Below are positions 8,032-12,874 of a stretch of DNA of 12,874 nucleotides, one piece after another. The translations under genes and the position numbers were made by a program. The first letter of the stretch is position 1. Each line of letters begins with the position of its first letter. The DNA comes from a candidate division WOR-3 bacterium (lineage in GTDB: Bacteria; Hydrothermota; Tepidihabitantia; SM23-42; JAOAFX01), in NCBI GenBank assembly GCA_037444665.1, contig JBBILZ010000062.1:1-12874 (forward strand), written 5' to 3'. Below the pieces are notes generated by a model. That model saw only the letters and a list, made by a program, of their open reading frames with translations. It was not told the DNA's origin and did not search any database.

Positions 8032-8055
8032 TGTAGTTACCTCATTTATGAAACA
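8032..8055 (+). repeat. Degenerate solo REP-like copy
   Basis: TGTAGTTACCTCATTTATGAAACA, 20/24 identical to the copy at 7919-7942. Confidence 0.7.
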
Positions 8056-8116
8056 TTCTATTTTGGCAAAAGCCAGGCGATAAGTCAGAAAAGTGAAGAG
8101 GAATCAGTAGAACTTT

Positions 8117-10198
8117 TTATCCAATTCTTAATAATTCTTCTCTATCTCTAAATTCTCTAAAATATCGTTTAATTGGATAGTGCTCCGGAAGTTTTATCTC
8201 CGGGTCCTGGTTGACAACGGCAAAGGCATCATCCCGTGCCCATAGCAAAATTTCCTGGTCCAATTCTAAATCACCAATCTTTATATCGGGTAGTCCATGC
8301 TGTCTCTTGCCGAGAATTTCTCCAGGTCCCCTCAGTTGCATATCTTTTTTTGCCAGGGCAAATCCATCATTGTTTTTTTCAAAAAAACTTATCCGCTCAT
8401 AGGTCTCCTGGGCAACGAATTTACTCAGCAACAGAAAACAATATGATTTTTCTGCTCCCCGTCCAATCCTTCCCCTTAATTGATGCAATTGTGCCAGTCC
8501 AAATCTTTCTGGATGTAGTATGAGCATTATCGTCGCATTAGGTATATCAACACCAACTTCAATCACTGTTGTTGCCACAAGAATCTTTATTGAACCATTA
8601 CGAAAATCTGACATTATCTTTATCCGTTCCTGTGTGCCGAGCCTTCCATGAATTAAGCCAATCGGAAAATCAGGAAAGACTTTGCAAATTTCGTTATAGG
8701 CTTCAGTTGCGGATTTAAGTTCTAATTTCTCTGACTTCTCAATGATCGGGCATACGACAAACGCCTGGCGCCCCCTTTGTAGTTCATCTGTGATAGATCT
8801 GTAAACAGTGGTCTTTTGATTCTCCAGATAGAGTTTGGTTATTATCTCACCCCGACCCGGTGGTTTTTCAGTAAGTGTAGAAATATCTAAGTCACCATAA
8901 AGTGTAAGTGCCAGGGTGCGTGGAATCGGTGTAGCAGAGAGAACTAAAAAATGTGGGTTGATACCCTTGTTAACGAGTGCTGCCCTCTGCATCACACCGA
9001 ATCGGTGCTGTTCATCAATAATTGCCAGACCCAAATTTTTAAAGTTTATATCTTCTTCAATGAGCGCATGCGTGCCAAAAATAATTTTCGCCTCGCCGCT
9101 TTGAATCTGAGCAATAATCTCTTCACGGTTTGAACCTTTGATACTACTTGTTAATAATACAGTCTTAACACCAAGGCTATTCAAAATTTCATAATGATTG
9201 AGGTAGTGCTGTTCGGCAAGAATTTCAGTGGGAACCATCATTACACCCTGATATCCATTCTCTACCGCAATGAGCAGAGAATATAGCGCCACCACGGTCT
9301 TTCCTGAACCAACATCACCCTGTATCAAACGGTTCATCGGCTTTGGTTTTGACATATCGGCAGCAATCTCTTCAATAACCTTTTTCTGACCCGCAGTCAG
9401 TTCAAATCTAAGTGTTTGAACAAATTTATTTGTCAAAGAACCAATTTCCTTCAATGCAATTCCCTGCTGATTTTTTACCATTGTTTTTCTCCGTGCCAGT
9501 GCCATTTCAAAGAAGAAAAACTCATTATATACAAGTCGCTGCCTGGCAATTTTTGCCTGGTCAACTGATTGCGGAAAATGCAGTTCTCTGATTGCCTTTT
9601 TCAATGGAGGAAGATTGTGTTTATCAAGTAAATACTGGGGAACTGTTTCTTGAATCTCGTCAAGGCATAACTCCACGGCAATATTCATTGCCCGCCTGAT
9701 ATCCCATAGTCCCAGTCCTTCAGTCAGAGGATAAATAGGAATAATTGTTCCACTGCTCTTATCTGCACCAGCATCATCTTCTCCGATAATTTCATAAAGC
9801 GGATTGATAAATTGCTTGCCATAAAAAAAACTCACTTTTCCTGAAACCACAAGCCAGTCTCCGGGTTTAAATTTATTTTTCAGGTCAGGACGATTGAACC
9901 ACCTCAACACAATACTACCGGTATCATCTTTAAGCAGAATATTTACCATTTCACCGCGACGCATTGCCTTTTTTATTTCAATTAGATGAACCCTGCCAAT
10001 AATGGTCGCTTCATCATTTATTTTCAAATCCTTAATCTTTAATACAGTAGAATAATCCAGGTAGCGGTGCGGTATTAAATAGAGAAGGTCTTTTACATTT
10101 TCAATATTTAGCCTTTTAAAATATAATGCCCTTTTGGGTCCAATGCCTTTTATATACTGGACTGGACTATCCAGTTTCAAAAATTGTTTTTTGAGCAC
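8117..10198 (-). CDS. recG: ATP-dependent DNA helicase RecG
   Basis: IKGIGPKRA and the wedge/OB domain, QGDVGSGKT, MVPTEILAEQH, DEQHRFG, SATPIPRTL, ERFGLAQLHQLRGRIGRG, TRG motif D..LRGPGE; GTG start overlaps the pilT stop (TAGTG). Confidence 0.97.
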   Translation of the reverse strand: MLKKQFLKLDSPVQYIKGIGPKRALYFKRLNIENVKDLLYLIPHRYLDYSTVLKIKDLKINDEATIIGRVHLIEIKKAMRRGEMVNILLKDDTGSIVLRWFNRPDLKNKFKPGDWLVVSGKVSFFYGKQFINPLYEIIGEDDAGADKSSGTIIPIYPLTEGLGLWDIRRAMNIAVELCLDEIQETVPQYLLDKHNLPPLKKAIRELHFPQSVDQAKIARQRLVYNEFFFFEMALARRKTMVKNQQGIALKEIGSLTNKFVQTLRFELTAGQKKVIEEIAADMSKPKPMNRLIQGDVGSGKTVVALYSLLIAVENGYQGVMMVPTEILAEQHYLNHYEILNSLGVKTVLLTSSIKGSNREEIIAQIQSGEAKIIFGTHALIEEDINFKNLGLAIIDEQHRFGVMQRAALVNKGINPHFLVLSATPIPRTLALTLYGDLDISTLTEKPPGRGEIITKLYLENQKTTVYRSITDELQRGRQAFVVCPIIEKSEKLELKSATEAYNEICKVFPDFPIGLIHGRLGTQERIKIMSDFRNGSIKILVATTVIEVGVDIPNATIMLILHPERFGLAQLHQLRGRIGRGAEKSYCFLLLSKFVAQETYERISFFEKNNDGFALAKKDMQLRGPGEILGKRQHGLPDIKIGDLELDQEILLWARDDAFAVVNQDPEIKLPEHYPIKRYFREFRDREELLRIG

Positions 10199-11271
10199 TA
10201 TTTACCCTGTGTTAAAAGTTCAATCTCCTTGTGGAATGTATCAGGATTCAATGCCTTTGCCTCTGCATCTTTAATATCAACAATCTTTTTCTTTACATAA
10301 TTTGCCAGACAGGCATCAAAGGTTATCATCCCCTGTTGTTGTGAAGTTTGCAAAATAGATAACAACTGATGGGTCTTTGCCTCACGGATTAAATTCCGCA
10401 CACTGCTCGTAGCAATCAATAATTCATAAGCAGCAACCCGACCCTTATTGTCTGCCCTTTTTATTAAATTCTGGGCAAAGATACATAAGAGGTTTAATGA
10501 TAACTGCATTCTAATCTGGTTTTGTTGATGGGGAGGGAAAACATCAATGATTCTATCAATGGTAGATATAGAATCTGCGGTATGCAATGTTGTTATGACA
10601 AGATGGCCGGTCTCAGCGGCAGTAATTGCAAGCGAGATTGTTTCAAGGTCCCTCATTTCACCAACCAGGATTACATCCGGGTCCTGTCGCAATACGAATT
10701 TTAATGCATTGGCAAAAGAATGAGTATCACGGCCGATCTCACGCTGGGTTACTAATGCCTTTTTGTTCTTATGAATAAATTCAATTGGGTCCTCAACTGT
10801 AACAATGTGACAATTATCATTTGTGTTCCGGTAATCAATCAATGCTGCCTGGGTCGTTGATTTACCACAACCTGAAGGACCGGTTACTACAATCAAGCCT
10901 CTGGGACGCATTGCCAGTTCTTCCAAAACTTGCGGGAAACCGAGTTCGTCAACTGTGGGAATCTTTTCTGGAATCAATCTGAATACAGCACCAATATTAC
11001 CTCGCTGTTTAAAAATGTTCACACGGAATCGCGCAACACCTGCCATATCATAGGACACATCAAGTTCGCTATGCTTTTTATAATCCTCAATCTGCTCTTT
11101 TTTAAGCATCTCTACGAGACCAGACTCAATATCAATAGCATTAAGGGGTGGAATTTCAAGGGTGGTCAAATCACCATTAATCCTCAATATCGGTGGTGAA
11201 CCGACCTTTAATATTAAATCTGATGCCCTGCTTTGCACCTGTGTGTGCAAAAGGTCATTAAGTTTTGTCAT
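10198..11271 (-). CDS. pilT: Type IV pilus retraction ATPase, PilT/PilU family (second copy)
   Basis: ASDL, RFRVNIFKQ, GPSGCGKSTT, TVEDPIEF, LRQDPDVILVGEMRD, AAETGHLV.TTLHT, SVRNLIRE. Confidence 0.9.
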   Translation of the reverse strand: MTKLNDLLHTQVQSRASDLILKVGSPPILRINGDLTTLEIPPLNAIDIESGLVEMLKKEQIEDYKKHSELDVSYDMAGVARFRVNIFKQRGNIGAVFRLIPEKIPTVDELGFPQVLEELAMRPRGLIVVTGPSGCGKSTTQAALIDYRNTNDNCHIVTVEDPIEFIHKNKKALVTQREIGRDTHSFANALKFVLRQDPDVILVGEMRDLETISLAITAAETGHLVITTLHTADSISTIDRIIDVFPPHQQNQIRMQLSLNLLCIFAQNLIKRADNKGRVAAYELLIATSSVRNLIREAKTHQLLSILQTSQQQGMITFDACLANYVKKKIVDIKDAEAKALNPDTFHKEIELLTQGK

Positions 11272-12332
11272 GCTGATACCCGCCTTTCAAATTCATCAGG
11301 ATTTGTGCAGTGGGCAAGTGCCTCTTCATAATCAATGACTCCCTGGTTCAAAAGGTTTCTAAGATACTGGTCCATCTGTATCATACCGAGTCGTGAACCA
11401 GTTTGAATTGCTGAGTAAATTTGCGGTGTTTTTGCTTCACGAATTGCACTTCTGATCGCAGGTGTGCATACCATTATTTCAAATGCAGCAACACGGCCAC
11501 CGCCCTCCTTTTTTCGCACCAGGGTTTCTGTAATTACTGCCTGGAGTGTTGTGGATAACTGGAGACGAATCTGTTGTTGCTGGGCAGGTGGAAAAACATC
11601 AATGATGCGGTCTATGGTTTGAACCGCATCAATTGTATGCAGGGTTGAAAATACCAGATGCCCGGTCTCTGCCGCAGTAATGGTCTGGGTCATAGTCTCA
11701 AGGTCGCGCATCTCACCGACCAGAATAATATCGGGATTCTGTCTTATTGCTCGCCTCAATGCTTCAGCATAAGATGTAGTATCAATACCAATCTCTCTTT
11801 GTTCAATGATTGATAGCCGGTCGCGATGCAAAAATTCTATAGGGTCTTCAATTGTAATAATATGTTTACGAAAATGCTGATTTATATGTTCAATCATTGC
11901 CGCAAGGGTAGTTGATTTACCACTGCCTGTTGGACCGGTAACAAGAACAAGTCCTCTAGGTAACTCGGCAATCTTTTTAAGCACTGAAGGAAATCCCCAC
12001 TCATCAATCGTCTTTATCTTCAAAGGAATAATCCTTAACACCACACCGATATTTCCCATCTGCTTAAAGATATTCACTCTGAATCGTGCTACACCAGAAA
12101 TTTCATAAGCCATATCAAATTCAAGATTGGCATCAAATATCTGACGCTGTGCTGGTTTCATCAGACCATATATCAAACTTTCCATATCTTCTCTGGTTAT
12201 CGGTGGACATTCAGCACGTTCTAATTCACCTGCTACCCGATATACTGGTGGCTCACCAACCCGGAGATGCAAATCAGAACCTTCTTTTAAGACCAGTTCT
12301 TCTAAGAGGACATCAAGTTCTACACCAGGCAT
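11268..12332 (-). CDS. pilT: Type IV pilus retraction ATPase PilT (first copy)
   Basis: GSDLHL, RFRVNIFKQ, GPTGSGKSTTLAAMI, TIEDPIEF, PDIILVGEMRD, AETGHLVFSTLHT, AIRSAIRE. Confidence 0.93.
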   Translation of the reverse strand: MPGVELDVLLEELVLKEGSDLHLRVGEPPVYRVAGELERAECPPITREDMESLIYGLMKPAQRQIFDANLEFDMAYEISGVARFRVNIFKQMGNIGVVLRIIPLKIKTIDEWGFPSVLKKIAELPRGLVLVTGPTGSGKSTTLAAMIEHINQHFRKHIITIEDPIEFLHRDRLSIIEQREIGIDTTSYAEALRRAIRQNPDIILVGEMRDLETMTQTITAAETGHLVFSTLHTIDAVQTIDRIIDVFPPAQQQQIRLQLSTTLQAVITETLVRKKEGGGRVAAFEIMVCTPAIRSAIREAKTPQIYSAIQTGSRLGMIQMDQYLRNLLNQGVIDYEEALAHCTNPDEFERRVSA

Positions 12333-12334
12333 AT

Positions 12335-12874
12335 TTATTTCTGTTGTCTAATAAAGGCACGGAATCCAGTAGAGGTATCAGTGATATAATCAAGTAATGC
12401 AATCCGTGAAGAACTGATTTTAATTGTATAAGGGATGGTATCTACCGGAAATAATGAATCCGCATTACTGATATTGAGAATTGTATCTGCAATTGTAGTA
12501 TCATACAGAGGATTGGTTAAATAATTGATAAGACTATCTATGGATTTTGGTGCACCCTTATAGATTGCGATATCTGTGGTATCAAAACCGGACAGCCGGG
12601 CAAAACTGATATAAAGGGTATCATTGGTAATTGAAATAAATTCAGTATCTGGTTTGTGAAAAATCTGGGCAGGTGGAATTTCAACTTTGACTTCTTTGAA
12701 TGTCTCTACTGCCTTACCGTTCAATGAATTTAGCCGGTAAAATACTATGCTGTTAGGCTGGAGCACAGAATCTGCATCATTGAAATACATTACCGTATCA
12801 ATAACAACCGTGTCAATCGTCACATAATGTAAAGAATCACCAATACTTCGGTCAATAATCACTGCATCAATTGC
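12335..12874 (-). CDS. Hypothetical, probably extracytoplasmic beta-rich protein (5'-truncated)
   Basis: Frame open to the window edge (AIDAVIIDRSIGDSL...); stop lies 2 nt before the pilT ATG; rich in D/T/S/I; no family recognised. Confidence 0.7.
   Translation of the reverse strand, partial: AIDAVIIDRSIGDSLHYVTIDTVVIDTVMYFNDADSVLQPNSIVFYRLNSLNGKAVETFKEVKVEIPPAQIFHKPDTEFISITNDTLYISFARLSGFDTTDIAIYKGAPKSIDSLINYLTNPLYDTTIADTILNISNADSLFPVDTIPYTIKISSSRIALLDYITDTSTGFRAFIRQQK

Noticed and set aside
7919..8055. Repeats read as a mini CRISPR array
   Set aside because: Copies are inverted, vary in the stem, are irregularly spaced, and there are no cas genes.
7860..8116. Cobalamin riboswitch before the B12-dependent nrdJ
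   Set aside because: No B12-box or GGGAA core seen; the structure is accounted for by REP-like repeats, and the promoter lies downstream of them.
83..12397. All short plus-strand ORFs in the track and the minus-strand ORF 3170-3352
   Set aside because: They lie antisense to or out of frame within well-supported genes and show no recognisable motifs; treated as shadow ORFs.

Overview
AT-rich bacterial chromosomal window of mostly housekeeping genes, all on the minus strand. In transcription order (right to left): 5'-truncated Asp-Ser/Thr-rich hypothetical protein, two tandem PilT-family ATPases, recG; then class II (B12-dependent) ribonucleotide reductase nrdJ and a divergent PhzF-family isomerase; then bioY, an AmmeMemoRadiSam B+A (Memo+AMMECR1) fusion, larB, ftsE, ftsX and the start of an EnvC-like coiled-coil protein. 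I see no defence system, CRISPR array, RNA gene or transposase, and cannot support a new multi-gene system. The notable signals are small. Both long intergenic regions carry copies of one GTAG-type REP-like palindrome with compensatory stem changes; one copy has a 33-bp double-hairpin insert in its loop. larB appears to start at ATA, nrdJ appears to be leaderless, the Memo-AMMECR1 fusion may have a signal-peptide-bearing isoform, and the last ORF is dense in Bacteroidota-type O-glycosylation sequons.
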